Positions 29,246-39,011 of a DNA stretch of 64,000 nucleotides are shown here, one piece after another. This DNA comes from Alphaproteobacteria bacterium. Its GTDB lineage: Bacteria; Pseudomonadota; Alphaproteobacteria; CALKHQ01. The notes under the pieces were generated by a model. It was given only the letters and a program-made list of their open reading frames with translations. It did no database searches and was not told where the DNA came from. The stretch lies in NCBI GenBank assembly GCA_965227515.1, contig CBDDFZ010000002.1, positions 480,001 through 544,000 of the forward strand, read 5' to 3'. How positions within the stretch are numbered: position 1 is the first letter of the stretch; the number at the start of each line of letters is the position of its first letter. The translations under genes were made by a program, and so were the position numbers.

Positions 29246-31336
29246 TCAGGGCAGGGCGTCGAGCGGAATCGGGTAGACGGCATCGCCCGGCACAACGCCA
29301 CCATCCAGTTCGATCCAGCGGTCGACGTCGTTGTGATAGGCCTCATAGAGCCGGATCTTGGCCTCGATCTCGTCGATGAACGCCTGCTGCTCGCCGACGC
29401 TCCAGCTCAGCCAAAGATCCTGGTCGATGCTCATGATCTTAGATTCGTACGGCAGCCCTTCCAGATACTCGCCGATCAGGCCCAGGTCGGCCAGATTGCG
29501 CGCCTCTTCGCTGCCGACCAGGGTCGGATCGCGGCTCAGCGCCAGGGCGGCGCTGCGCAATTCCTCGAAGAAGGTCGACGGGGTGATCTGGCCGACGCGC
29601 GCGGCCTCGACCACCGATTTCAGCACTTCCTGAAGGTCGCTGAGCTGGTTCTTGGACAGCAGCACCCGCACGTTCAGCGCGGTGACGCTGGGGTTGTCGA
29701 AGTCGCGGTCCGCCGCCCAGGCGCGGAACACGCTCGGCGCCTCGGTCTGTTGCTCGCGGCCCAGATAGGCCAGCAGCATGGCCTGGCCGACCACCTGGGT
29801 GTCGTCGGTGATGCGGAAGATCGGATCCTCCGAGTTGCGCACCGGTGGCGGCTGGTCGAGCGGCTGGTCGGGTGGCTGATCCCCGGGGCCGAAAGCGGCC
29901 GCGGCATCGGTCACCTGCCCGGCCAGCGCCTGGCTCAGGGTCTCCACCACGGCGGTGAACTGGGCCAGATTGCCGGCGGCGACCGGGTAGTAGAGCGCCT
30001 GGGCGAGGCCCGGGAAGGTCGACAGCACGGTGTACTGCGCGGCGGCGTCCTCGTGGTCCTCGGCGCCGACGTCGGTCAGCAGGTGCAGCGTATAGATCGC
30101 GATCTCGCGGTCGCGGGCGAGCTGGCGCACCTGCTCGGCATCGAGGCCGGTGCTGCTCAGGCTATCGCTGCCACGGCGCGCGCCGGCATCGGTGATCAGC
30201 ACCACATAGCGGCCGCCGAACTCGTCCCACTGCATGTCGTCGATCGCGGTCACCAGGCCGGCATAGGCATCCTCGACGAAGCCCTCGCTGGAGACGTTGG
30301 CCGGCGAGACCGAGGCGACGTTGTCGAAAAACGCCACCGGGTCGGCGCCTTCCTCCAGGTCGGCGAACACCCGCGCGACATAGTTCAGGCCGGGCACGGC
30401 ATCGGTGTTGTCGCGATATCCGACCAGCCCGAACGCGACCCTGCCCAGCAGGCCCGCCGCTTCCATCTGCTGGTAGATCGAGCGCACGGTCTCGCGCGTC
30501 CGGTCGATGTAGGGACCCATCGAGGTGGTGGTGTCGATGACGAACACGATGCCGGCCTTGAAGTCCTCCAGCAGCGCGTCGCGGTCGGGCGGTGGCGGGG
30601 CGGTTTCCTCCGGCACGTCCTTGGGCAGGGTGACCGACGCGATCTGCAGCAGGCGGGTGGTGAACCCGCTCTCCATGTACACTTCCTCGGCGGTGATGAT
30701 CGGCAGCAGATAGAACTGCTCGCGGAGGTCAACATAGGTGTCCGGCTCGGTCGAGATGACCGGGAAGTCGGGACCGAAGCTGCCGTTCTCCACCAGCGTG
30801 CGCAGGGCATCGAGCTGCGCACCGGGCTCGGGGCCGGTCGCGATCTCGGCCAGGCTTTCGCGGTCGTCGAAGAACAGCACCGGGTCGCGATTGGCCGGGT
30901 TGGCGAAGGCCACCGTCATGTTGGTGTCCCAGCGCACGGTGTGGTCGCGCTGCACCCAGCCGGTCGTGGTGCCGTTGCTCGATGCGCCGACCTCCAGCCA
31001 GATGCTGCCGTCGCCGGTCTGCTCGGCCTCGTAGACGTAGTAGACGGTGAACGGCGGCACCGGGGCGACCACGATGTCGGCATTCTCGTCGGGGGAGGCG
31101 CGCACGACCGCCTCCGGCCGGGTCAGCACCCGCTGGTAGAGCGTGGTCTTGCCGTCCAGCAGCAAGGGCGTGCGGTCCTGCGCCGACGCGACGCCGCCCA
31201 GCATCGCCGAGATCATGCTCAGGCATATGACCGCCAGCACCCAGCGCCAGGCGGCCCGGCGCAGCGCGTGCGGCAGGCCCAGGCGCCTGTGCGGTCCAGC
31301 GGCGGGTCGGTTCATCATCGGATCGTCTTGGCGCAT
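29246..31336 (-). CDS. Exported vWA protein homologous to the periplasmic part of PpkA, without kinase domain
   Basis: Signal peptide; PLLLDGKTTLYQRVL; SH3b-like segment; MIDAS-like VFVIDTTTSM; LITDAG; VLLSKNQLSDL...YLEGLPY; no protein-kinase motifs; start uncertain by a few codons. Confidence 0.78.
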   Translation of the reverse strand: MRQDDPMMNRPAAGPHRRLGLPHALRRAAWRWVLAVICLSMISAMLGGVASAQDRTPLLLDGKTTLYQRVLTRPEAVVRASPDENADIVVAPVPPFTVYYVYEAEQTGDGSIWLEVGASSNGTTTGWVQRDHTVRWDTNMTVAFANPANRDPVLFFDDRESLAEIATGPEPGAQLDALRTLVENGSFGPDFPVISTEPDTYVDLREQFYLLPIITAEEVYMESGFTTRLLQIASVTLPKDVPEETAPPPPDRDALLEDFKAGIVFVIDTTTSMGPYIDRTRETVRSIYQQMEAAGLLGRVAFGLVGYRDNTDAVPGLNYVARVFADLEEGADPVAFFDNVASVSPANVSSEGFVEDAYAGLVTAIDDMQWDEFGGRYVVLITDAGARRGSDSLSSTGLDAEQVRQLARDREIAIYTLHLLTDVGAEDHEDAAAQYTVLSTFPGLAQALYYPVAAGNLAQFTAVVETLSQALAGQVTDAAAAFGPGDQPPDQPLDQPPPVRNSEDPIFRITDDTQVVGQAMLLAYLGREQQTEAPSVFRAWAADRDFDNPSVTALNVRVLLSKNQLSDLQEVLKSVVEAARVGQITPSTFFEELRSAALALSRDPTLVGSEEARNLADLGLIGEYLEGLPYESKIMSIDQDLWLSWSVGEQQAFIDEIEAKIRLYEAYHNDVDRWIELDGGVVPGDAVYPIPLDALP

Positions 31337-31421
31337 CGTTCTTCTCGGTCTGGTCCGTGGCACGGCGGCTGCACGGATGCGTCCATGTCGGGATCTGTCG
31401 GCAGAACCCCCGAAATCTAGT

Positions 31422-32978
31422 CTATGGCAGGCCGTTCAACAGCATCTCGGCGCCCGGCGCACCGTTCTCGGTGGCGCGCTCCAGCACTTCGCGTGCGGCC
31501 TCGAAATCCCCCTCGCCGATCAGCATCCGCCCCAGATTGACCAGGGCATCCAGATTGCCAGTGTCGGCCGACCTTTCATACCACGTCTGCGCCAGCGCCA
31601 CATTGGCTTGCAGCAGCGGGCTGGTCTCGCGGCTGAACGTCACCGGATCGTACATCTGCGCGACGGCCATCGCGGCACCCGGGTGCTGGCGCTCGGCGGC
31701 GTAGCGGAACACCAGGAACGCGGCATCGGTGAAGCCCTCGTCCAGGAATTCCAGGCCGCGCGCGAACGCGTCCTCGCCGCTGGGGTCGGTGGCGATGAAC
31801 TGGCGGGCCATCTCGCGGCCGGTCAGCTGCGGGCCTCGGTCGGCCTCGGCGTCCGGGTCCGGCAAACCTGCGTCAGCCACGTCCGTATCAGGCGCCTGCG
31901 GGTCTTCCCCAGTCGGATCGTCCTCGACCGGGTCGTCCTCAACCGGATTGTCCTCGGTGGGCTCGTCTTCGGGCTGATCGTCCTCGGCCAGCACCGGCGG
32001 GTTCGGACCGGGCCAGGCCAGCGGGTCGATGTTCCAGGTGTTCTCCTCGTCGGCCATCAGCACGCCGTCGCACAAGCCGACATCCAGCGCCAGCGCGCCG
32101 AACGAGGCGCTGCGGCAGACGTCGTCGCGCGCGATATAGAGGCCGGCTGCGGTCACCAGCACCAGCGCAAGCAGCGCGAGCAGCGTCATCACGCCGATGC
32201 GGCGGCCCCAGTGGCGCTTGCGCTGGGCGGCAGCAGCGGCGGCGCGCGCTTCGCCCTCCAGGCCGCGCCGGCCACTCTCGCCAGTCTCGCCGGCGTCGCC
32301 ATCGTCGGCATCGTCACTGGTGTCGGATGCGTCGTCGTCGGTATCGGCGCCATCCTTAGCCTCAGCAGCCCCGCCGTTTTTGGCAGCCGCGCGGCTCTCC
32401 AGTTCGTCGAGGAAGGCGAGATCGCGCTCGGACCCGGCTGTGTACTCGCTCTGCGGCGCCGCGCTGGCGGCGTCGGCATCGGTCGCCGCGGCGGCGCCAG
32501 CGGCCAAGCCCGCTGCACCGGCTGCGGTTGCCGCCGGCTGTTCGCCGCGGTCGCCGATCAGGGCCGAGCCCTGGCGCATCTCCGCACCCGCCGCCTCGGC
32601 ATGCTGGGTCGCGACCAGCCGGCCCCGCCGCCGCCGCGCGCCGCCAACCGGCGAGGCGATCACCGGCCAGGCGATCTGCGCGTCCTCGACCGCGCCGTGG
32701 GGCCCGACCAGGGCCACGGCGATGTTCATGCCGGGCTCCATGTGCGCCACCACCGATGGCCCGACCGACAGCACCAGGGTGTCGCCCTCGACATGGGCGG
32801 CATCGGGGGTGAGTTGCGCCTCCGCGCCCTGCCAGCCGGTCGGCCCGAGGGTGTCGTCGGGGTAGCCGGGGCGGCGCACGGTCAGCCGTACGCCGTCGGG
32901 CGCGATACGGCCGCCGGCAAAGCACAGCCGTGCGTGCCCGGCCCCGCGGGAGGTGTCTGGTTCAGCCCATGCGCGCAT
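31422..32978 (-). CDS. Bitopic membrane protein with acidic linkers and C-terminal Sel1-like repeats
   Basis: N-terminal globular region, acidic linker, TM (IGVMTLLALLALVLVTAAGLYI), EDDP repeats, AAMAVAQMYDP...AQTWYERSA. Confidence 0.72.
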   Translation of the reverse strand: MRAWAEPDTSRGAGHARLCFAGGRIAPDGVRLTVRRPGYPDDTLGPTGWQGAEAQLTPDAAHVEGDTLVLSVGPSVVAHMEPGMNIAVALVGPHGAVEDAQIAWPVIASPVGGARRRRGRLVATQHAEAAGAEMRQGSALIGDRGEQPAATAAGAAGLAAGAAAATDADAASAAPQSEYTAGSERDLAFLDELESRAAAKNGGAAEAKDGADTDDDASDTSDDADDGDAGETGESGRRGLEGEARAAAAAAQRKRHWGRRIGVMTLLALLALVLVTAAGLYIARDDVCRSASFGALALDVGLCDGVLMADEENTWNIDPLAWPGPNPPVLAEDDQPEDEPTEDNPVEDDPVEDDPTGEDPQAPDTDVADAGLPDPDAEADRGPQLTGREMARQFIATDPSGEDAFARGLEFLDEGFTDAAFLVFRYAAERQHPGAAMAVAQMYDPVTFSRETSPLLQANVALAQTWYERSADTGNLDALVNLGRMLIGEGDFEAAREVLERATENGAPGAEMLLNGLP

Positions 32979-33025
32979 CTTGCGTCGTCTCTTCCGGCCT
33001 TAGTCTGTTAGTTCAGCTGGCGCTG

Positions 33026-33115
33026 AAGTCTGCGCCAGCCCTCACCCCCACCCGGCCGCCCAATGGTAGTATCCTGTCTGGGTGGCCGGGTGGGGGTGAG
33101 GGCCGGTGCCGACTT
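33026..33115 (+). repeat. Long-stem palindromic repeat with AGTATCCTG loop, copy 2 of 4
   Basis: CCCTCACCCCCACCCGGCCGCCCAATGGTAGTATCCTGTCTGGGTGGCCGGGTGGGGGTGAGGG. Confidence 0.88.
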
Positions 33116-33131
33116 GCATGATCATCCCCGG

Positions 33132-35792
33132 TCAATTCACGTGGACGTCGAGGCGTTCCAGAATCTCGCCGAGGCGGCTGTTCTGCTCGAAGTCGATCGC
33201 TTCCTCGCCCTGCATGACGACGTTGTCTTCCACCAGCTTCATGAAAGCGGCAATCCAGTCGACATAATAATCCTGGTCGAACTGTGACGCGGATTCGGCA
33301 AGCTGCGGATAGTCGCCGATCGGCGGCCGTTGCGCGAACACCGCGCGCTGCCCCTCGCCGCCGGTGACCGTGGGCCGCAACGCCTCTTCCTCGTCGTCGA
33401 AGCCCAGATAGTCGACGAAGGTGTTGATGCGGTTGGCCGCCAGCAGGATGACGCGGTCGATCAACTGGTCCCACTTGACGTTGCGGTACTTGGAGTGGTC
33501 GCGCACGCGCCCGGCGATGGCCTTGCGCAGCTCCTGGCGGGTGGCGCCCGACACCAGCTCGTGGATCAGGTTCGACATATCGCCGCGCGGCACGCGGTAA
33601 TAGTCGCCGGCCGAGTGGTCGTCGGCGAGCTTGTTCAGCTTCTCCACCCACAGCTCGACCGAGGCGGTGGCGAAACGGTCGGCCTGGTCGACCGCCCCGT
33701 TGCCGCCTTCGCGGGCGGCCTTGTCGCCATTGAGGCCGAGCGCGGCCAGCATCTGGCCCTTGTCGGCGGCCACGCCAACAGTGATCGCATCGCCGTTGGC
33801 GCCATTGCCGAAGCCTTCGACCCGGTAATAGACGTCCTCCAGGTCCTCTTCCTCGACCTGCAGCGCGCGCAACAGCTCGCCGAAGCGCTGGGCAGAGGCA
33901 CAGCCCACCAGCCGCTCGGCAATCGCCTGGGCCAGCCGGCGCTTCTTCTCGCGCTCCTTCTCCGCGTCGCTGGAGACGTAGAACGGCGCCAGCCGCTCGG
34001 CCAGCCGGTTGCGCCATTCGTTCAGGTCGCCTTCGATCTGCTGGCGCTTCAGGTCCGGATTGCAGACCGGGCGCAGCTTCTCGGCAAGATAGGTGATGCC
34101 GCCGTCGTTCAGCGCGAACGCGGCGTCCCACGCCTCTTGCGGGTTGTCGAAGTGGCGCTTGACCAGCTCGTTGTTGACGTAGGCCTCGCGGAACTTAGCG
34201 ATGCGGTCGGTCTCGCTGTCGCGTAGCCCCAGTTCCTCGAACACGTTCCGTTTCAGCTTCTCGTTATCGTAGTCGAGCAGGTCGGTGGCGGCGATGTTGG
34301 GGTTTCGCATCCAGTACGAGTTGCGGAACGCACCGCGCGCGTCCCACTGGTCGACCCAGCCGTGCCGCTTGCCGAAGAAGTCGACCAGCGAGGCTTGCAG
34401 GCGCGCCGTCCAGCGTTCCGACGGGCTCTCGTCGTCCTCGCGCTTGCCCTTGGCGCGCTCGAACTCGGTGTCGAACTTGGTCAGCACGAAGAACAGCGCG
34501 TTGGTGCGGCGCGTGCGCTCCTGCGGTGTGTCGCCGTGGGTGATGGTGATCCAGTTGTGGATCATGTCGGGCAGCGTCTTGACCTCCTGGTTGCTGGGCC
34601 CGATGCACAGCAGCATGGCGGTCAGTTCGCGCTCGGCGCAATAGCGGTCGAACAGGTAGGCGACCTTGCCGCGCAGGAACAGGTGCTGCAGCATGTCGGC
34701 GTGGCGCTCCAGCTCCTCCGCGATGTTGGGAATCACCTCGCGGGAGCGTGCGCCGGGGAAGTCCAGCAGGTCGGTGTGGTCGAAGAAGTCCCACGGCTTC
34801 TGCTGCACCACGATGCGCAACTCGGCGACGATGGCGGTGATCTCGGAGCGCGGCAACTCGACCGTCGTGCCCTCCGACGTCCGCAGCGCCAGCGTCTCGG
34901 AGCCGTCCTTGCCCAGCCCATAGAGGGTGCGCACATCGATGATGCTTTGCTCGCGCGGCACCAGCGCTTCCATCGGCGCATAGGCCTCCGGCGCGTGGCC
35001 AAGCTGGGCAAGTGCGCCAACCAGCCGCTTGTAGATGCCGCTGAACGAGGGGATGTCGGCCCACAGCAGGCTGAACAGCTCGGCCCGGCCGGCCAGGTCC
35101 AGATTGGGCGCCAGCCTGGCGGCCTGGCTCCAATAGCCGCTACCCAGCGCGCGCAGGCGCGGCGCGGTCGGGAACTGCTTGTCGAAATACTCCTGCAAGT
35201 CGAACACGTCGGCGGCGGTCAGGCTGTCCACCGGCTCCGATGCCGCGCTCTTCGCCAGCGTCGACAGCCGGTCGCGCACCTCCCCCGGCGCCGGGGCCGG
35301 GAACGTGTTCGGGTCGCCGTCGAGGTAGAAGGTGTTGCCGATGATCTTGACGATATCGGTCTGCGACAGCAGACGTAGCTCCACCGGATAGTCCGCGGGC
35401 GCGTTGCCGCCGGGCTGCAGGGTGAAGCGGGTCACCAGGCCGGTCGATTCCTGGCCGCCCTGCGGGTTGATCTGCTCCACGAAGTCGACCGCCTGGCTGC
35501 CGAACTCGGCGATCAGCGGGTCGGTGCCGTTCCGGGCGAGGGCGGAGATCAGGTACGACTTGCCGGCCTGGCTGGGGCCGAACACGCCGACGCACATCGG
35601 GCGGCGCACCGCCACCTCCATCTTGCGCGCGGCGTTGGCGGCCCGGCGCAGGTCGGACAGCAGGGCCTGGCCATCGGCGCCGACGCGCTCGATGTTCGCC
35701 TCCATCCAGTCGATGGCGGATTCGGCCGCCTCTGCAGTGTCGTGGCAGTTCTGCGCGGCGAGTTCGTTCTCGGGGCTGGTCAGTGCGGTCAT
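33132..35792 (-). CDS. srfC: SrfC-family protein (dynamin-like P-loop GTPase)
   Basis: G1 GVFGPSQAGKSYL, G2 ESTGLVTRF, G3 LLDFPGARSR, G4 TKFD; FLRGKVAYLFDRY; long helical C-terminus. Confidence 0.88.
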   Translation of the reverse strand: MTALTSPENELAAQNCHDTAEAAESAIDWMEANIERVGADGQALLSDLRRAANAARKMEVAVRRPMCVGVFGPSQAGKSYLISALARNGTDPLIAEFGSQAVDFVEQINPQGGQESTGLVTRFTLQPGGNAPADYPVELRLLSQTDIVKIIGNTFYLDGDPNTFPAPAPGEVRDRLSTLAKSAASEPVDSLTAADVFDLQEYFDKQFPTAPRLRALGSGYWSQAARLAPNLDLAGRAELFSLLWADIPSFSGIYKRLVGALAQLGHAPEAYAPMEALVPREQSIIDVRTLYGLGKDGSETLALRTSEGTTVELPRSEITAIVAELRIVVQQKPWDFFDHTDLLDFPGARSREVIPNIAEELERHADMLQHLFLRGKVAYLFDRYCAERELTAMLLCIGPSNQEVKTLPDMIHNWITITHGDTPQERTRRTNALFFVLTKFDTEFERAKGKREDDESPSERWTARLQASLVDFFGKRHGWVDQWDARGAFRNSYWMRNPNIAATDLLDYDNEKLKRNVFEELGLRDSETDRIAKFREAYVNNELVKRHFDNPQEAWDAAFALNDGGITYLAEKLRPVCNPDLKRQQIEGDLNEWRNRLAERLAPFYVSSDAEKEREKKRRLAQAIAERLVGCASAQRFGELLRALQVEEEDLEDVYYRVEGFGNGANGDAITVGVAADKGQMLAALGLNGDKAAREGGNGAVDQADRFATASVELWVEKLNKLADDHSAGDYYRVPRGDMSNLIHELVSGATRQELRKAIAGRVRDHSKYRNVKWDQLIDRVILLAANRINTFVDYLGFDDEEEALRPTVTGGEGQRAVFAQRPPIGDYPQLAESASQFDQDYYVDWIAAFMKLVEDNVVMQGEEAIDFEQNSRLGEILERLDVHVN

Positions 35793-35796
35793 GAGC

Positions 35797-38700
35797 TCAT
35801 CTTATGTTGAAGATGCCGGTGTCGAGCCAGTAGCCCGCCTCCGACTTCAAGGTCTGCAGCCGCAACTCCAGATCGGACTCGCGGAACGGCGTGTTGTCCG
35901 CATCCACGATGTCGATGATTTCGAAGTCGCCTTCGGTCTCTTCGTCCTGGTCGCCGTCCTGGTCGCGCATCGCCACGGTCACCTTCAGCGGCATCTTGGC
36001 TTCCTTGCGGATGCGCGGATTGGCGTAGTCCAGCCAGTAGAGCGGCTTGCCTGGCCAGCGCTCCACCGGCAACTGGCGGAAGCCGATGAAGGTGGGCGCC
36101 TCGAAGGTGAAGGTGGCCTGCGGCGGTGCGCCGGTGTGGTTGTCCAGGTCCAGTTCCTTGAACATCAGCTTGTCGTTGCGCAGCTCGCCGGTGCGCTCCA
36201 TCTCGCCGATGAAGCGCGCGGTGGAGCGCATGCGCAGCGCCGAGCTGCGGAACGAGAACGCCTCGATATCGCCCTCGCCGAGCGCGCACAGCATGGCGCC
36301 GACGACGGCGGTGGTCTTCGGATCGTTGATCCGCCCGTGGACGTCGCGGAAAGGATACCAACTGCCCACCCGGTACTGGTGCATGGCGACGATGCGGTCG
36401 GCCGCCACCGGCAGCTTCGCCATCACCGAGGCCTGGATCGCCGGGAACCGCGACGGCCGGCCGGAGAGCAGCAGCACGTCGCAATCGTACAGGTGCACGA
36501 TCTCCGACATGTCGGCGAGCACCTGGCCGATGACGCCGCGAATGGTCGCGTCGATGGCGGCCAAATTGACCGGGATCTGCAGGTCGGCGAGCGAAAAATC
36601 CTCCGCGCCCACATCGCGCGCCGCATCGGCCAGGTACCGCATGAACGGGTCGTCGTCGGTCGGCTCCGGCATGTCGTCGAAGAACTGGCCGAAGGTCCAG
36701 CTGTCCACCTTGTTGCCTTCGATCGGGCGGTAGCTCTCGTATTCGGTCAACAGCTTGAGGCCGATCGGCACCGCCACCCGGTTGGCGAACTGGCGCCTCA
36801 GCGTACGGTCGCGCTCCGACTGGTCGCCCCAGTCGCCGCCGAAAAGCTGGGTGATCAGGGTGCGCGCGTTGCCGACGCCGGCCTCTTCCAGGCCGTGGGT
36901 CACCGCCGGCATCACGTGGCGCTCGATCACCGCGCACAACAGGTCGTCGCCGGCGATGTTGAAGCCCTCGCGGAACTCCTGGTGCGGCATCACCGTGCGG
37001 TCGCCATCCAGGCGGTAGGTGGTGATGATAAGGTCGGTGGTGCCGCCGCCGATGTCGATGCTGGCGACCCGCAGGCTGGGCGCCTCGCTCGGCCCCTCGT
37101 CCGCCACCTGGATGCGGCTGGTCACCCGGGCGGCGGGCCGGCTGGCGGCCACCGGGCGGTTGCGGCCCATGATGCCGAAGAAGCCGCGGATATCACCCTG
37201 GAACTTCTGCGCCACCTCCGAATAGAGGTAGACCATCTGGGTGCAGCTCGCCTCGTCCCAGTCCAGCAGCACCTTGGGCGGGCGCGGGTGGTTGGGGTTC
37301 GACCCGTCCCAGCCCAGCGACGACCACAACAGGCGCACGGCGGCGTCGGCGCGCACCCGCAGGATGTCGCGCTCGGCCTTCGGCATCGCCGTCGGCATGG
37401 TCATGATCACCCGGTCGAGCTGGCGGGGTACGTCCTCATAGGGCCGCTTGCCGCGCTGCTCGGCGGAATTCACCATGGTCAGCGCCTGCAAGATGATCTC
37501 CGACAGCACGAAGATCATCATCGAGGAGCGCGAGAACTTGGAGCGCAGCGCCGGCACCCGGGCGGTATCGGGCAGCTTCGGGTCGTCCAGCGGGTGGCCG
37601 TCCTCGTTCATCTGCTGCACGAAGATGCCGGTGGTCACCGGCGGCTCGAACCCGCGGTCGCCATTGGTGCCATTGGCGCCACTGCTGCCCGGTGCTGCGA
37701 GCCCGTTGAACCGCCAGTCCTGGTTGCGCGGCCGGCCGTCCCACAAATAGCGCTTCGGGCTCGACATGCCGGTCGCACCCTCGGTGCCCTTGGCATGACA
37801 CGCCAGCCACGCCGCTTCCGGACCCACACGCGCGACCAGCGGCCAGTTGAAGGCGTTGGGCCGGCCGGATCGGCGCGACAGGTGATCGCGCCCGAAATTC
37901 GGCTTGGCGAATTCGATGCGGCTCTCGAACGGGCGGTTGTAGGTCTGGTGCGGGCGGCAGAGGTCGCGCAGCTCGAGCACATAGGAGTTATTGAGGTCGA
38001 TGTTATCGTCGGGATCGGCCTCGATCAGGATGCCGCAGGTCCGCGAATTGCCGACGTCGAGCACGAGGTCGACGTTGATCGGCCGGTACTTGCGCGGCCG
38101 GGTATCGGTGTCGACAAGCTGGATGCGCGGGAACATCTCCAGGTCGGCCAGCACCTGCAACAGCGTCAGATAGCGCGCATAGTGCTCGCAGGCCCACTGC
38201 AGGTCGTTCTCGTCCACCGGACGGCCGCCGCGCAGGCGCCGCCGGTAGTCGATGAACAGCTCATAGAGCCACTCGTCGACCCAGTCCTCGGTCAGGAACC
38301 AGGAGTTGTCGCGGTCGTCGTGGGAGAGCGCGAACACCTGGCCGGAGCGTGCGTCCTCCGGCGAGGGCGTGAGGTAGGGCGCGCCGTCGTCGGCTTCGGT
38401 CAGCTCGGTGTCGAAGGCGAGCGTCAGCCGGTAGGTGTTGCCGTCGCGGTCGGGCGCGTCGAGCTGCACGATGCGCACCCGCGCCCAGTTGGCGGGCCCG
38501 CGCGCGAACACCGGCCGGTCATCGACCGCCTTCTCGCGGATGCGCAGATAGGGGATCGGGATCCACTGGTCGAGATAGACCTCCAGCGCGCGGTCGGCGT
38601 TGATCACGTAGCTGGGCTCGATCTCGCGCCGGTCCTCGTCCTTGGTCACATAGGCCCGGGTCTGCGCATCGCGCTCCAGGCAATGCAGGTTGACCGGCAC

Positions 38701-38880
38701 GTCCTCGCCGGTGCCGACCGCCTCTTCCCAGAACGCGCGGCTGGTGCGCGCGACGGTGTCGAGCGAAAAGCCGAAGTCGAGGAACTGGATGCCGCTGCGC
38801 GGGATAAGGCTGGTCAAACGGCGATACGCCGGAACCGTCTTGAGCATGTTCACGCTGCTGGGTGTTGCCGTCTCTGCCAA
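35797..38880 (-). CDS. srfB: SrfB-family protein (actin/Hsp70-like ATPase fold)
   Basis: SLIPRSGIQFLDF, VDLVLDVGNSRTCG, SSPKRYLWD, DEASC, SIDIGGGTTDL, LLSGRPSR, terminal YWLDTG. Confidence 0.9.
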   Translation of the reverse strand: MAETATPSSVNMLKTVPAYRRLTSLIPRSGIQFLDFGFSLDTVARTSRAFWEEAVGTGEDVPVNLHCLERDAQTRAYVTKDEDRREIEPSYVINADRALEVYLDQWIPIPYLRIREKAVDDRPVFARGPANWARVRIVQLDAPDRDGNTYRLTLAFDTELTEADDGAPYLTPSPEDARSGQVFALSHDDRDNSWFLTEDWVDEWLYELFIDYRRRLRGGRPVDENDLQWACEHYARYLTLLQVLADLEMFPRIQLVDTDTRPRKYRPINVDLVLDVGNSRTCGILIEADPDDNIDLNNSYVLELRDLCRPHQTYNRPFESRIEFAKPNFGRDHLSRRSGRPNAFNWPLVARVGPEAAWLACHAKGTEGATGMSSPKRYLWDGRPRNQDWRFNGLAAPGSSGANGTNGDRGFEPPVTTGIFVQQMNEDGHPLDDPKLPDTARVPALRSKFSRSSMMIFVLSEIILQALTMVNSAEQRGKRPYEDVPRQLDRVIMTMPTAMPKAERDILRVRADAAVRLLWSSLGWDGSNPNHPRPPKVLLDWDEASCTQMVYLYSEVAQKFQGDIRGFFGIMGRNRPVAASRPAARVTSRIQVADEGPSEAPSLRVASIDIGGGTTDLIITTYRLDGDRTVMPHQEFREGFNIAGDDLLCAVIERHVMPAVTHGLEEAGVGNARTLITQLFGGDWGDQSERDRTLRRQFANRVAVPIGLKLLTEYESYRPIEGNKVDSWTFGQFFDDMPEPTDDDPFMRYLADAARDVGAEDFSLADLQIPVNLAAIDATIRGVIGQVLADMSEIVHLYDCDVLLLSGRPSRFPAIQASVMAKLPVAADRIVAMHQYRVGSWYPFRDVHGRINDPKTTAVVGAMLCALGEGDIEAFSFRSSALRMRSTARFIGEMERTGELRNDKLMFKELDLDNHTGAPPQATFTFEAPTFIGFRQLPVERWPGKPLYWLDYANPRIRKEAKMPLKVTVAMRDQDGDQDEETEGDFEIIDIVDADNTPFRESDLELRLQTLKSEAGYWLDTGIFNIR

Positions 38881-39011
38881 TTGGCAATCCTACTCGTCTA
38901 ATATGGCGGTGCTAAGGCGCAGGCACCACCGGCCCGACGCGACACCGCTCTATATGGTACGCCGATCCGCGCGATGATGCTCTTTTTCCGCGGGTCGACC
39001 GTTGCGGGAGC

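Noticed and set aside
35404-38901. 1165-aa plus-strand ORF and other long antisense ORFs (e.g. 29219-31420, 31143-33011, 40155-41993, 42169-44055, 14434-16269)
   Set aside because: Shadow frames of well-supported opposite-strand genes in high-GC DNA; no motifs
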